This document shows, in pieces, positions 24,719-39,200 of a stretch of DNA of 64,000 nucleotides. The notes under the pieces are model-generated. The model was not told the origin of the DNA, searched no databases, and worked only from the letters and a program-made list of their open reading frames with translations. Each line of letters starts with the position of its first letter. Position 1 is the first letter of the stretch. The DNA is from Mobula hypostoma (taxonomy: Eukaryota). A program made the translations under genes and the position numbers. Location of the stretch: assembly GCF_963921235.1 (NCBI RefSeq), contig NC_086097.1, positions 241,368,001-241,432,000 on the forward strand, given 5' to 3'.

Positions 24719-25897
24719 AGAAACATAGAAACATAGAAAACCTGCAGCACAGTACAGCCCTTTGGCCTACTAAGCTGTGCTGAACAAGTCCTTACCTGAG
24801 AAATTATCTTCGGTTACCCATATCCCTCTATTTTTCTAAGCTCCATGTACCTATCCGAAAGTCTCTTAAAAAACCCTATCATATTCACCTCCACCACCAT
24901 CGCCAGCAGCCCATTCCACGCAATCGCCACTCTCTGCGTAAAAAACTTACCCCTGATATTTCCTTTGTACTTACTTCCAAGCACCTTAAAACTGTGTCTT
25001 CTCGTGCTAGCTATTTCAGCCCTGGGAAAAAGCCTCTGACTATCCACACGATCAATGCCTCTCATCATCTTATACACCTCTATTAGGTCATCACTCATCC
25101 TCCGTCACTCTAAGGAGAAAAGGCCGAGTTCACTCAACCTATTCTCATAAGGCATGCTCCCAAATCCAGGCAACATCCTTGTAAATCTCCTCTGTACCCT
25201 TACTATGGTCTCCACATCCTTCCTGTAGTGAGGCGACCAGAACTGAGCACAGCATTCCAAGTGGGGTCTGACCAGGGTCCTATATAGCTGCAACATTACC
25301 TCACAGCTCCTAAACTCAATCCCATGATTGATGAAGGCCAAAGCACCGTATGCTTTCTTAACCACAGAGTCAACCTGCGCCGCAGCTTTGAGTGTCCTAT
25401 GGATTCAGACTCCAAGATCCCCCTGATCCTCCACACTGCCAAGAGTCTTACCATTAATACTATATTCTGCCGTCATATTTGATCTACCAAAATGAACCAC
25501 CTCACACTTATCTGGGTTGAACTCCATCTGCCACTTCTCAGCCCAGTTTTGCATCCTATCAATGTCCCGCTGTAATCTCTGACAGCACTCCACACTATCC
25601 ACAACACCTCCAACCTTTGTGTCATCAGCAAACTTACTAACCCATCCCTCCACTTCTTCATCCAGGTCATTTATAAAAATCACAAAGAGTAGGGGGTCCC
25701 AGAACAGATCCCTGAGGCACACCACTGGTGACCGGCCTCCGTGCAGAATATGACCCGTCTACAACCACTCTTTGCCTTCTGTGGGCAAGCCACTTCTGGA
25801 TCTACAAAGCAATGTCCCCTTGGATCCCATGCCTCCTTACTTTCTCAATAAGCCTTGCATGGGGTACCTTATCAAATGCCTTGTTGAAATCCATACA
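24719..25897 (-). mobile_element. CR1 3' fragment
   Basis: [44 protein letters not shown]; (TTCTATGT)n tail. Confidence 0.92.
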
Positions 25898-25944
25898 ATC
25901 TCTCATGGTTAAAACACACGCCTACACTGGAACTGAAATTATCT

Positions 25945-27020
25945 TACCTCTTTACGTCAGCGGGACAGCAGTGGAAACGGCAAGCAGCTTCAAACCCCTG
26001 GAAGTGCACATCTCACACAACCTCTCATGGTCCCAGAACACGCCCCACACAATCAGGAAAGCTCACCAGAGACTCTACTTTCTGAGGAGGCTGAAGAGAG
26101 CTGGACTATGCACATCTACACTCACATCAGTCTACAGAAACACAGCAGAGAGCATCCCGTCAAGCTGCATCACTGCTTGGTACAGAATCTGCTCTGCGGT
26201 GGATGGCAAAGCTCTACAATGGGTAGCCAAAACTGCCCAAAGCATCACTGGTACCAATCTGCCCATCATCAAGGACATATAGAAACATAGAAAATAGGTG
26301 CAGGAGTAGGCCATTCGGCCCTTCGAGCCTGCACCGCCATTCAGTACGATCATGGCTGATCATCCAACTCAGAACCCTGTACCTGCCTTCCCCCCATACC
26401 CCCTGATCCCTTTAGCCACAAGGGCCATATCTAACTCCCTCTTAAATATAGCCAATGAACTGGCCTCAAGTGTTTCCTGTGGCAGAGGATTCCACAGATT
26501 CACCACTCTCTGTGTGAAGAAGTTTTTCCTAATCTCGGTCCTAAAAGGCTTCCCCTTTATCCTCAAACTGTGACCCCTCGTTCTATATACAGAAAGGTCC
26601 CGGAAAAGGGCCAAAAATATCATGAAGAATCCCATCCACTCTGCTCATGGACTGTGTGTCCCGCTCCCACCAGGGAGGAAGCTACATTGCAGCCACATCA
26701 GGACCACCAGACTCAAAAACAGTTTCTTTCCCCAAGCAGTTAGGTTGCTCAATACCTCCACCCATTAACCCATCCCTTCACACCTTACACGAAGACACTC
26801 CTGTACCTAGCGTGACTTTATGGACATACAATCAACATATGTATATAAGATCTCTGATGTATTTATATTTACTGAGTTTCTTTTTATTATTATTGTGTTC
26901 TTGATCTTGTTATGTTTTTATGTGGTGCATCAGATCCAGACTAACAATTATTTAGTTTAAATGGTTTACACTCATGTACTGGAAATGCCATCAAACAGTC
27001 TTGAAACTCATCTTGAGTCG
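25945..27020 (+). mobile_element. Rex1/Babar-like 3' fragment with a nested antisense CR1 end (~26278-26585)
   Basis: LSWSQN..KAHQRLYFLRRLKRAGL..CITAWY; the host resumes after the CR1 piece. Confidence 0.85.
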
Positions 27021-27360
27021 TGTCATAAGTTCCAAGATATAGTGAAAAGCTTGTCTTACGTAGTGTTGATAGAGTACATTGAGATTGGGCAAGCTAAAAC
27101 AATAACAGAATGCAGAATAAAGTGTAAAGAGCATTGCAAGTAGGTAATAAGGCAGAAGATCATAATGAGTTAGGTGGTAATATTATCATATTCGGAATAT
27201 ATAAAGTATTGCCAATTATCATGGAAGGGACAAATAGTCAGGTTTAAGAACTCTTTTAGAGCTATTCTCCCATTGCCCTGTCCCTGGGCGACACATGAAC
27301 TCACAATTTGCTACACTAGTCTTTAAATGATGGTCATCTGAATGTAATTTCTATTTTATT

Positions 27361-27985
27361 TAGAAATACACCGCAATAACAGGCCCTTCTGGATCAGTGA
27401 GCCCGTGTCGGCCATTTACACCCAATAAACCTGCTAATCAGTACGTCTTTGCACTGCGGGAGGGAACTGGAGCACCCAGAGGAAACTCACACAGGCAATA
27501 GACAATAGGTGCAGGAGTAGGCCATTTGGCCCTTTGAGCCAGCACCACCATTCACTGTGATCATGGCTGATCATCCACAATCAGTATCCAGTTCCTGCCT
27601 TATCCCCATAACCTTTGATTCCGCTATCTTTAAGAGCTCTATCCATCTCTTTCTTGAAAGCATCCAGAGACTTGGCCTCCACAGCCTTCTGGGGCAGAGC
27701 ATTCCATATATCCACCACTCTCTGGGTGAAAAAGTTCTTCCTCAACTCCGTTCTAAATGGCCTACCCCTTATTCTTAAACTGTGGCCTCTGGTTCTGGAC
27801 TCACCCATTAGCGGGAACATGCTTCCTGCCTGCAGCGTGTCCAATCCCTTAATAATCTTATATGTTTCAATCAGATCCCCTCTCAGCCTTCTAACATGGG
27901 GCAGAATGTACAACTCTTTACAGACAGTGGCGGAATTGAACCCGTGTTACTGCCCAGTGTTACACTAACCGCTGCACTACCGTGC
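27361..27985 (-). mobile_element. HE1/V-SINE-like element split by a CR1 3' end (~27495-27893)
   Basis: tRNA-like head (GCACGGTAGTGCAGCGGTTAG..GGTTCAATTCC) at ~27930-27985 and V-domain GTTTCCTCTGGGTGCTCCAGTT at ~27470. Confidence 0.75.
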
Positions 27986-28374
27986 TAAAAGTAGCACAGT
28001 GCTTAGCATCAAACTTCAAAGTGAATTTTATTATCAAAGTACATACATGTCATCGTTTACAACCTTGAGATTCATTTTCTTGCGGGCATACTCTATGAAT
28101 CCATAACAGAGTAATAACCAGAAAGAATCAATGAAAGATCACATCAGCTTGGGTGTTCAATCAGTGTGCAGAAGACAATGAACTGTGAAGCTACATACAT
28201 AAATAAATAAATGAGCAAGCAAGCAATAGATATCAAGAACATGAGATGAAGTGTCATTGAAAGTGAGCCAATAGTTTGGAGGAATATTTCAATAATGGGT
28301 CAAGTGAAGTTATCCCTTTTGATTCAAGAGCCTGATGGTTGAGGGTTAATAGGATAGTGCTATTTATTTATTTA

Positions 28375-28990
28375 TTAGATTAGATTATGAGAACACTCAG
28401 TCCTCTTTTATTGTCATTTGGAAATGCATACATGCATTAAGAAATGATGCAATGTTTCTCCAGAATGATATCACAGAAAACAGGACAAACCAAAGACTAA
28501 CACTGACAGAACCACGTAATTATAACATATAGATACAGCAGTGCAAAACAATACCATAATTTGATGAAGAACAGACTATGGGCACGGTAAAAATAGTCTC
28601 AAAGTCCCTGAGTCCCCGATAGCAGGCGGCAAAAGGGAGAAACTCCCTGCCATAAACCTCCAGGCACCGTCAACTTGCCGACGCCTTGGAAGCAGCCGAC
28701 CATGGCCGACACTAAGTCTATCCGTCCGAAAACTTCAAGCCTCCAGCCAGCCGCTCCGATACAGCCTCCCAAGCGCCATCCTCTGCCGAGTGCCTTCGAC
28801 CTCTCCCTGGCCGCTGAAACATGCAAAGCCGAGGATTTCAGGGCCTTCTGCTCCGGAGATTCCGGTTACCACACAGTAGCAGCGGCAGCGAAGTGGGCAT
28901 TTCAGAAGTTTTTCCAGATGTTCCTCCATACTCTCACGTCCGTCTCCATCAAATCAGAATTGTGCACGGTCCCCTACTTGGCAGATAACA
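28375..28990 (-). mobile_element. Non-autonomous (CTAAT)n-tailed retroposon
   Basis: Homologous to 55618-56207 and ~5204-5304 (CAATTCTGATTTGATGGAGAC..ATGACAATAAA.GAGGACTG.GTG..CTCATAATCTAAT). Confidence 0.75.
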
Positions 28991-29122
28991 GGTATTCTAA
29001 CATATATTGTAACATTATTGTAACATATATTATTTTTCATGGCTTGCATTGTACTGCTGCCACAAAATAATATATTTCACAACATATGTCAGTGATGATG
29101 AACCTGATTTTGATTCCATTTA

Positions 29123-30437
29123 ATCTGGATAGACAGGGGCTTATTAGGGAGAGTCAACATGGCTTTGTGCGTGGTAGGTCATGTTTGACCAATCTATTGG
29201 AGTTTTTCGAGAAGGTTACCAGGAAAGTGGATGAAGGGAAGGCAGTAGATGTTGTCTACATGGACTTCAGTAAGGCCTTTGACAAGGTCCCGCATGGGAG
29301 GTTAGTTAGGAAAATTCAGTCGCTGGGTATACATGGAGAGGTGGTAAATTGGATTAGTCATTGGCTCGATGGAAGAAGCCAGAGAGTGGTGGTAGAGAAT
29401 TGCTTCTTTGAGTGGAGGCCTGTGACTAGTGGTGTGCCACAGGGATCAGCGCTGGGTCCATTGTTATTTGTCATCTATATCAATGATCTGGATGATAATA
29501 TGGTAAATTGGATCAGCAAGTTTGCTGATGATACAAAGATTGGAGGTGTAGTAGACAGTGAGGAAGGTTTTCAGAGCCTGCAGAGGGACTTGGACCAGCT
29601 GGAAAAATGGGCTGAAAAATGGCAGATGGAGTTTAATACTGACAAGTGTGAGGTATTGCACGTTGGAAGGACAAACCAAGGTAGAACATACAGGGTTAAT
29701 GGTAAGGCACTGAGGAGTGCAGTGGAACAGAGGGATCTGGGAATACAGATACAAAATTCCCTAAAAGTGTCGTCACAGGTAGATAGGGTCGTAAAGAGAG
29801 CTTTTGGTACATTGGCCTTTATTAATTGAAGTATTGAGTATAAGAGCTGGAATATTATGATGAGGTTGTATAAGGCATTGGTGAGGCCGAATCTGGAGTA
29901 TTGTGTTCAGTTTTGGTCACCAAATTACAGGAAGGATATAAATAAGGTTGAAAGAGTGCAGAGAAGGTTTACAAGGATGTTGCTGGGACTTGAGAAACTG
30001 AGTTACAGAGAAAGGTTGAATAGGTTAGGACTTTATTCCCTGGAGCGTAGAAGAATGAAGGGAGATTTGATAGAGGTATATAAAATTATGATGGGTATAG
30101 ATAGAGTGAGTGCAAGCAGGCTTTTTCCACTGAGGCAAGGGGAGAAAAAAACCAGAGGACATGGGTTAAGGGTGAGGGGGGAAAAGTTTAAAGGGAACAT
30201 TGGGGGGGCTTCTTCACACAGAGAGTGGTGGGAGTATGGAATGAGCTGCCAGACGAGGTGGTAAATGCGGGTTCTTTTTTAACATTTAAGAATAAGTTAG
30301 ACAGATACATGGATGGGAGGTGTATGGAGGGATATGGTCCGTGTGCAGGTCAGTGGGACTAGGCAGAAAATGGTTCGGCACAGCCAAGAAGGGCCAAAGG
30401 GCCTTCAGAGTTTTCTATGGTTTCTATGGTTTCTATG
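29123..30437 (+). mobile_element. Young 5'-truncated CR1 (RT to 3' end)
   Basis: Nearly intact RT (SQHGF..DFSKAFDKVPH..GVPQGS..FADDTK) with one stop and a late frameshift; (TTTCTATGG)n tail. Confidence 0.95.
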
Positions 30438-30740
30438 ATGTAAGGGTTGTCAGAGAGCTTCAGTGTGTTTCAAGCAAGTATACCGCTTATCCATTTTGAG
30501 GCTCATTCAAAAGTTACACAGAGAGGAGTCTGACCAGCTAGTGGGTTGTAGGTTTATAATTTCAGTGAGAGGCTCAAATAAGGGGATAAGAAATTGAAAA
30601 TTAACACAGATATCTCTGGCACAGCAACACCCCTCGGCAATGCCAACACAGCTCTCTGCTCAAATGTCCTGAGTAGTTAGCTGTAAGATAAGCTTTCTGA
30701 AAACCACACCATTGGCTTCTCTATTTAATATCTGTTCCTT

Positions 30741-30995
30741 AAGCAACACACACAAAATGCTGGCGTAATTCAGCAGCCCAAGCAGCAAGAATGGAAATGA
30801 CATTTCAGGCCGAGACCCTTCTTCAGGACTGAGAAAGAAGGGGGAGATCTCTGAATAAAAAAGGTGAGAGGAGGGGAAAGAGGCTAGCTGGAAGCTGCCA
30901 GGTGAAGCCAGCTGGGTGGGAAAGGTCAAGTGTTGAAGAAGAAAGAATCTGATAGGAGAGGAGAGTGGACAATAGGAGAAAAGAAAGAAGGAGTA
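30741..30995 (-). mobile_element. Penelope pLTR fragment with hammerhead core at 30799-30831
   Basis: CAGTC CTGAAGA AGGGTCTCGGCCT GAAA TG TC; the 3' strand of helix I is deleted. Confidence 0.75.
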
Positions 30996-31317
30996 ATAGA
31001 TTATTAAAATTCAACCCTTGGAAACTTTTGCCCAGAACTATTTTCTATGGTGTGTTATTTTCAACTTTAGCTGCAGATGCTTTTTTCAGGGATAAGATGG
31101 TGTTCCCTTGGCATGAACATATCAACTGGCCTTTATTTATATTTAGTGGTTACCGCCCTTGAAAGATAGCTATGCTTCAAAAATAAAATTGCAAAATACA
31201 GGGTAGGGTGTGTGGAGTGGATGAGTGTAACTTAAGTAACAAATGCGATCAGTGTATTCTGAGATTTGTCAGAGGCGCAGTATAATCAATTCACCTGTTT
31301 ATTCTAAAAATCAAATA

Positions 31318-32693
31318 CAGGTTTCTCTCGCCATCCGAAGGTAGAGTGCTCCTATGAAACGGTTCGTAAGTCGGAATGTCGTAAAGCGAAGAAGCAATTA
31401 CCATTTATTTATATGGGAAAATTTTGTGAGCATTCGCAGACCCTAAAATAACCTACCAAATCATGCCAACTAACACATAAAATCTAAAATAATAGTAACG
31501 TATAGTAAAAGGAGGAATGATATGATAAATACACAGCCTGTATAAGGTAGAAATACTCCTCCACAATCATTGCCTGAACTGTTCTCCGTAGCGAAAATTT
31601 CACGCAAGCGCTCTCGGCAGAAAATCTCACGCAAGCACTGTCGGCAAAAACATGGCCCAAGCACTCTCCAGTAACCTTTAAGCTATGAATCTGCCAAATC
31701 ATACCAAATAACACGTAAAAATACACAGCCAATATAAAGTAGAAATAATGTATGTACAGTGTAGTATCACTTACAGGAATTGCCGATTGCATCGCCCCTG
31801 ATCTGTGCCGACAATTATGTGCCGGGCGGCACCTAATTAATTAGCATGCTTATTTCAGCTTTTTTCTTAAAGATGTGCTGAGGGCCTCCCGGCTACCGCT
31901 GCATTCTCCATGAATTGGTATCTGTCCACGGCCTGGGGGTTGGGGTGGTGGGACACTGGGGTGTCATCTCATCGTTGATCAGGGCAGGCAGCTCATCTTC
32001 TCCTATCTCTGCCTGCCTCGATGTCGAAGGTCGAGGTTCGTCGTCTGCTGCGGCTGATGTGGAAGGCTTGCTTGACTGCTGAGCCTCGCGCATTTTTCTA
32101 TCATACAGTTCTTTGTAAGCACTCAAACCATCTTGCAAATATGCCCTAAAGCTACATACCCTTTCAAAATTAAAGTCGTACTGTATCATTTCTCACTCGG
32201 TTTTGATTGTTATCCTTTCCTCTTCCAATTGCATCAGCTATTCTTCTATCAGTTCTTGGTCATGGGATGCCAAAACCTCTTCAACATCATCTTCGTCAAC
32301 TTCCACAAGCCAAACTCACGTTGTCCTTACTTTGTTCACCACGATCAAAACGCTTAATTATGTCTAGTTTTACGCTAAGTGTAACACCCTTACAAGCTCT
32401 TTCAGGCTTTTCCGATACCTTAGAACTCATCTTGCTAATGGCTGCTCACAGGCACATGTTTAAGTAATGCTGGCGAGAATGCAGTTCTGAATCCGAGGAG
32501 AGAGTGGCTGCTTGGGGCGCGCACTGATTCTTATTTCGCTCGCTGTCTTTTATCATGCGTTGATTTTCCCCATGCGTTGCCTTTCTTCGTAACACTGAAA
32601 ACACCTTCTGTTAGCGAAAACAGGTAACTAATGTAGGTCTTTCATAACAGTGAGGTTTCGTAAAGCGAACATTTGAAAAGCAGAGGACACCTG
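31318..32693 (-). mobile_element. Internally deleted Tigger/pogo DNA transposon
   Basis: Imperfect TIRs CAGGTTTCTCTCGC / CAGGTGTCCTCTGC with TA on the left; CENP-B-like N-terminus MSSKV..VTLSVKLDIIKRFDRGE joined to a C-terminal EEVLASHDQEL..YKELYDRK. Confidence 0.85.
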
Positions 32694-33232
32694 GTATGTG
32701 TTAAACTTTTGAATGTTGTAATTCCTATTCTCTACTCACAGAACATAGAAAATATTACAGTATACCATAGTATTCCACCCTTCATTGCACGATGGTGTGC
32801 TGACCGTTTAAGATGAATCTACCCCTTCCCTCTGACATAGCCCTCCATTTTTCTTTCACCATGTATCTATCTAAGAAGTTCTTAAATGTCCCTAATGTAT
32901 CTGCTTCTAGTACCAACACTGATCGGACATTTCACGCATCTATCACTCTCTGTGTAAGAAAATATTACGTGTCACATCCACCCCGACCCCCCCAGATGCT
33001 TTCCTCCAATCACTGTAAAGATATGTCCCCTTGTATCAGCCTTTCCATCCGCTCGACTTATGCCTCTTATCATTATGTTCACCTCTTTCAGGGACTCCGC
33101 AGTTCATGTTGCATGTGTTTTCATTTTCCTTATTTTTTACTATTTGCATGATTTGATCAAGGCGTCAAGACCTAGGGCGAAGAATGAACTGGCGTTCAAC
33201 TCACTACTCCGCAAGGTTTACTCTCCTCAATG

Positions 33233-36200
33233 CTGAACTGACTCTATGGCTGTGGTCTTGTAACCATTGTCACCAGCCTGGGCACTGAACTGGCTCTGTG
33301 ACTGTGGTCTGTAACCATTGTCACCAGCCTGGGCACTGAACTGACTCTGTGACTGTGGTGTGTTACCATTGTCACCAGCCTGGGCACTGAACTGACTCTG
33401 TGACTGTGGTGTGTTACCATGGTCACCAGCCTGGGCACTGAACTGGCTCTGTGACTGTGGTGTGTTACCATTGTCACCAGCCTGGGCACTGAACTGGCTC
33501 TGTGACTGTGGTGTGTTACCATTGTCACCAGCCTGGGCACTGAACTGACTCTGTGGCTGTGATGTGTTACCGTTGTCACCAGCCTGGACACTGAACTGGC
33601 TCTGTGACTGTGGTGTGTTACCATTGTCACCAGCCTGGGCACTGAACTGGCTCTGTGACTGTGGTCTTGTAACCATTGTCACCAGCCTGGGCACTGAACT
33701 GGCTCTGTAACTGTGGTGTGTTACCATTGTCACCAGCCTGGGCACTGAACTGACTCTGTGACTGTGGTGTGTTACCATTGTCACCAGCCTGGGCACTGAA
33801 CTGGCTCTGTGACTGTGGTGTGTTACCATTGTCACCAGCCTGGGCACTGAACTGACTCTGTGGCTGTGATGTGTTACCGTTGTCACCAGCCTGGACACTG
33901 AACTGGCTCTGTAACTGTGGTGTGTTACCATTGTCACCAGCCTGGGCACTGAACTGGCTCTGTGACTGTGGTGTGTTACCATTGTCACCAGCCTGGGCAC
34001 TGAACTGGCTCTGTGACTGTGGTGTGTTACCATTGTCACCAGCCTGGGCACTGAACTGGCTCTGTGACTGTGGTGTGTTACCATTGTCACCAGCCTGGGC
34101 ACTGAACTGACTCTGTGGCTGTGATGTGTTACCGTTGTCACCAGCCTGGACACTGAACTGGCACTGTGACTGTGGTGTGTTACCATTGTCACCAGCCTGG
34201 GCACTGACCTGGCTCTGTGACTGTGGTGTGTTACCATTGTCACCAGCCTGGGCACTGAACTGACTCTGTGACTGTGGTGTGTTGCCATTGTCACCAGCCT
34301 GGGCACTGAACTGGCTCTGTGACTGTGGTCTGTAACCATTGTCACCAGCCTGGGCACTGAACTGACTCTGTGACTGTGGTGTGTTACCATTGTCACCAGC
34401 CTGGGCACTGAACTGGCTCTGTGACTGTGGTCTGTAACCATTGTCACCAGCCTGGGCACTGAACTGACTCTGTGACTGTGGTCTGTAACCATTGTCACCA
34501 GCCTGGGCACTGAACTGACTCTGTGACTGTGGTGTGTTACCATTGTCACCAGCCTGGGCACTGAACTGGCTCTGTGACTGTGGTGTGTTACCATTGTCAC
34601 CAGCCTGGGCACTGAACTGACTCTGTGACTGTGGTGTGTTACCATTGTCACCAGCCTGGGCACTGAACTGACTCTGTGATTGTGGTGTGTTAACATTGTC
34701 ACCAGCCTGGGCACTGAACTGGCTCTGTGACTGTGGTGTGTTACCATTGTCACCAGCCTGGGCACTGAACTGGCTCTGTGACTGTGGTCTGTAACCATTG
34801 TCACCAGCCTGGGCACTGAACTGACTCTGTGACTGTGGTCTGTAACCATTGTCACCAGCCTGGGCACTGAACTGGCTCTGTGACTGTGGTGTGTTACCAT
34901 TGTCACCAGCCTGGGCACTGAACTGACTCTGTGACTGTGGTGTGTTACCATTGTCACCAGCCTGGGCACTGTACTGGCTCTGTGACTGTGGTGTGTTACC
35001 GTTGTCACCAGCCTGGGCACTGAACTGACTCTGTGGCTGTGATGTGTTACCGTTGTCACCAGCCTGGACACTGAACTGGCTCTGTGACTGTGGTGTGTTA
35101 CCATTGTCACCAGCCTGGGCACTGAACTGGCTCTGTGACTGTGGTCTTGTAACCATTGTCACCAGCCTGGGCACTGAACTGGCTCTGTGACTGTGGTGTG
35201 TTACCATTGTCACCAGCCTGGGCACTGAACTGACTCTGTGACTGTGGTGTGTTGCCATTGTCACCAGCCTGGGCACTGAACTGGCTCTGTGGCTGTGATG
35301 TGTTACCGTTGTCACCAGCCTGGACACTGAACTGGCTCTGTGACTGTGGTGTGTTACCATTGTCACCAGCCTGGGCACTGAACTGGCTCTGTGACTGTGG
35401 TGTGTTACCATTGTCACCAGCCTGGGCACTGAACTGACTCTGTGACTGTGGTGTGTTGCCATTGTCACCAGCCTGGGCACTGAACTGGCTCTGTGACTGT
35501 GGTCTGTAACCATTGTCACCAGCCTGAGCACTGAACTGACTCTGTGACTGTGGTGTGTTACCATTGTCACCAGCCTGGGCACTGAACTGGCTCTGTGACT
35601 GTGGTCTGTAACCATTGTCACCAGCCTGGGCACTGAACTGACTCTGTGACTGTGGTCTGTAACCATTGTCACCAGCCTGGGCACTGAACTGACTCTGTGA
35701 CTGTGGTGTGTTACCATTGTCACCAGCCTGGGCACTGAACTGGCTCTGTGACTGTGGTGTGTTACCATTGTCACCAGCCTGGGCACTGAACTGGCTCTGT
35801 GACTGTGGTCTGTAACCATTGTCACCAGCCTGAGCACTGAACTGACTCTGTGACTGTGGTGTGTTACCATTGTCACCAGCCTGGGCACTGAACTGGCTCT
35901 GTGACTGTGGTCTGTAACCATTGTCACCAGCCTGGGCACTGAACTGACTCTGTGACTGTGGTCTGTAACCATTGTCACCAGCCTGGGCACTGAACTGACT
36001 CTGTGACTGTGGTGTGTTACCATTGTCACCAGCCTGGGCACTGAACTGGCTCTGTGACTGTGGTGTGTTACCATTGTCACCAGCCTGGGCACTGAACTGA
36101 CTCTGTGACTGTGGTGTGTTACCATTGTCACCAGCCTGGGCACTGAACTGACTCTGTGATTGTGGTGTGTTAACATTGTCACCAGCCTGGGCACTGAACT

Positions 36201-39200
36201 GGCTCTGTGACTGTGGTCTGTAACCATTGTCACCAGCCTGGGCACTGAACTGACTCTGTGACTGTGGTCTGTAACCATTGTCACCAGCCTGGGCACTGAA
36301 CTGGCTCTGTGACTGTGGTGTGTTACCATTGTCACCAGCCTGGGCACTGAACTGACTCTGTGACTGTGGTGTGTTACCATTGTCACCAGCCTGGGCACTG
36401 TACTGGCTCTGTGACTGTGGTGTGTTACCGTTGTCACCAGCCTGGGCACTGAACTGACTCTGTGGCTGTGATGTGTTACCGTTGTCACCAGCCTGGACAC
36501 TGAACTGGCTCTGTGACTGTGGTGTGTTACCATTGTCACCAGCCTGGGCACTGAACTGGCTCTGTGACTGTGGTCTTGTAACCATTGTCACCAGCCTGGG
36601 CACTGAACTGGCTCTGTGACTGTGGTGTGTTACCATTGTCACCAGCCTGGGCACTGAACTGACTCTGTGACTGTGGTGTGTTGCCATTGTCACCAGCCTG
36701 GGCACTGAACTGGCTCTGTGACTGTGGTCTGTAACCATTGTCACCAGCCTGGGCACTGAACTGACTCTGTGACTGTGGTGTGTTACCATTGTCACCAGCC
36801 TGGGCACTGAACTGGCTCTGTGACTGTGGTCTGTAACCATTGTCACCAGCCTGGGCACTGAACTGACTCTGTGACTGTGGTCTGTTACCATTGTCACCAG
36901 CCTGGGCACTGAACTGGCTCTGTGACTGTGGTGTGTTACCATTGTCACCAGCCTGGGCACTGAACTGACTCTGTGACTGTGGTGTGTTACCATTGTCACC
37001 AGCCTGGGCACTGAACTGGCTCTGTGACTGTGGTGTGTTACCATTGTCACCAGCCTGGGCACTGAACTGACTCTGTGACTGTGGTGTGTTACCATTGTCA
37101 CCAGCCTGGGCACTGAACTGACTCTGTGACTGTGGTGTGTTAACATTGTCACCAGCCTGGGCACTGAACTGGCTCTGTGACTGTGGTGTGTTACCATTGT
37201 CACCAGCCTGGGCACTGAACTGACTCTGTGACTGTGGTCTGTAACCATTGTCACCAGCCTGGGCACTGAACTGACTCTGTGACTGTGGTCTGTAACCATT
37301 GTCACCAGCCTGGGCACTGAACTGGCTCTGTGACTGTGGTGTGTTACCATTGTCACCAGCCTGGGCACTGAACTGACTCTGTGACTGTGGTGTGTTACCA
37401 TTGTCACCAGCCTGGGCACTGAACTGGCTCTGTGACTGTGGTCTGTAACCATTGTCACCAGCCTGGGCACTGAACTGACTCTGTGACTGTGGTCTGTAAC
37501 CATTGTCACCAGCCTGGGCACTGAACTGACTCTGTGACTGTGGTGTGTTACCATTGTCACCAGCCTGGGCACTGTACTGGCTCTGTGACTGTGGTGTGTT
37601 ACCGTTGTCACCAGCCTGGGCACTGAACTGACTCTGTGGCTGTGATGTGTTACCGTTGTCACCAGCCTGGACACTGAACTGGCTCTGTGACTGTGGTGTG
37701 TTACCATTGTCACCAGCCTGGGCACTGAACTGGCTCTGTGACTGTGGTCTTGTAACCATTGTCACCAGCCTGGGCACTGAACTGGCTCTGTGACTGTGGT
37801 GTGTTACCATTGTCACCAGCCTGGGCACTGAACTGACTCTGTGACTGTGGTGTGTTGCCATTGTCACCAGCCTGGGCACTGAACTGGCTCTGTGACTGTG
37901 GTGTGTTACCATTGTCACCGCCTGGGCACTGAACTGGCTCTGTGACTGTGGTCTGTAACCATTGTCACCAGCCTGGGCACTGAACTGACTCTGTGACTGT
38001 GGTGTGTTAACATTGTCACCAGCCTGGGCACTGAACTGGCTCTGTGACTGTGGTGTGTTACCATTGTCACCAGCCTGGGCACTGGACTGACTCTGTGACT
38101 GTGGTGTGTTACCATTGTCACCAGCCTGGGCACTGAACTGGCTCTGTGACTGTGGTCTGTAACCATTTTCACCAGCCTGGGCACTGAACTGACTCTGTGA
38201 CTGTGGTGTGTTACCATTGTCACCAGCCTGGGCACTGAACTGGCTCTGTGACTGTGGTGTGTTACCATTGTCACCAGCCTGGGCACTGAACTGGCTCTGT
38301 GACTGTGGTGTGTTACTATTGTCACCAGCCTGGGCACTGAACTGACTCTGTGACTGTGGTCTGTAACCATTGTCACCAGCCTGGGCACTGAACTGGCTCT
38401 GTGACTGTGGTGTGTTACCATTGTCACCAGCCTGGGCACTGAACTGACTCTGTGACTGTGGTGTGTTGCCATTGTCACCAGCCTGGGCACTGAACTGGCT
38501 CTGTGACTGTGGTCTGTAACCATTGTCACCAGCCTGGGCACTGAACTGACTCTGTGACTGTGGTCTGTAACCATTGTCACCAGCCTGGGCACTGAACTGA
38601 CTCTGTGACTGTGGTGTGTTAACATTGTCACCAGCCTGGGCACTGAACTGGCTCTGTGACTGTGGTGTGTTACCATTGTCACCAGCCTGGGCACTGAACT
38701 GACTCTGTGACTGTGGTGTGTTACCATTGTCACCAGCCTGGGCACTGAACTGGCTCTGTGACTGTGGTCTGTAACCATTGTCACCAGCCTGGGCACTGAA
38801 CTGACTCTGTGACTGTGGTCTGTAACCATTGTCACCAGCCTGGGCACTGAACTGACTCTGTGACTGTGGTGTGTTACCATTGTCACCAGCCTGGGCACTG
38901 AACTGGCTCTGTGACTGTGGTGTGTTACCATTGTCACCAGCCTGGGCACTGAACTGACTCTGTGACTGTGGTGTGTTACCATTGTCACCAGCCTGGGCAC
39001 TGAACTGGCTCTGTGACTGTGGTCTGTAACCATTGTCACCAGCCTGGGCACTGAACTGACTCTGTGACTGTGGTGTGTTACCATTGTCACCAGCCTGGGC
39101 ACTGAACTGGCTCTGTGACTGTGGTGTGTTACCATTGTCACCAGCCTGGGCACTGAACTGGCTCTGTGACTGTGGTGTGTTACCATTGTCACCAGCCTGG

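Noticed and set aside
29086..30264. Active or domesticated reverse transcriptase gene
   Set aside because: It is 5'-truncated, with an in-frame stop at ~29827 and a terminal frameshift; an ordinary dead CR1 copy.
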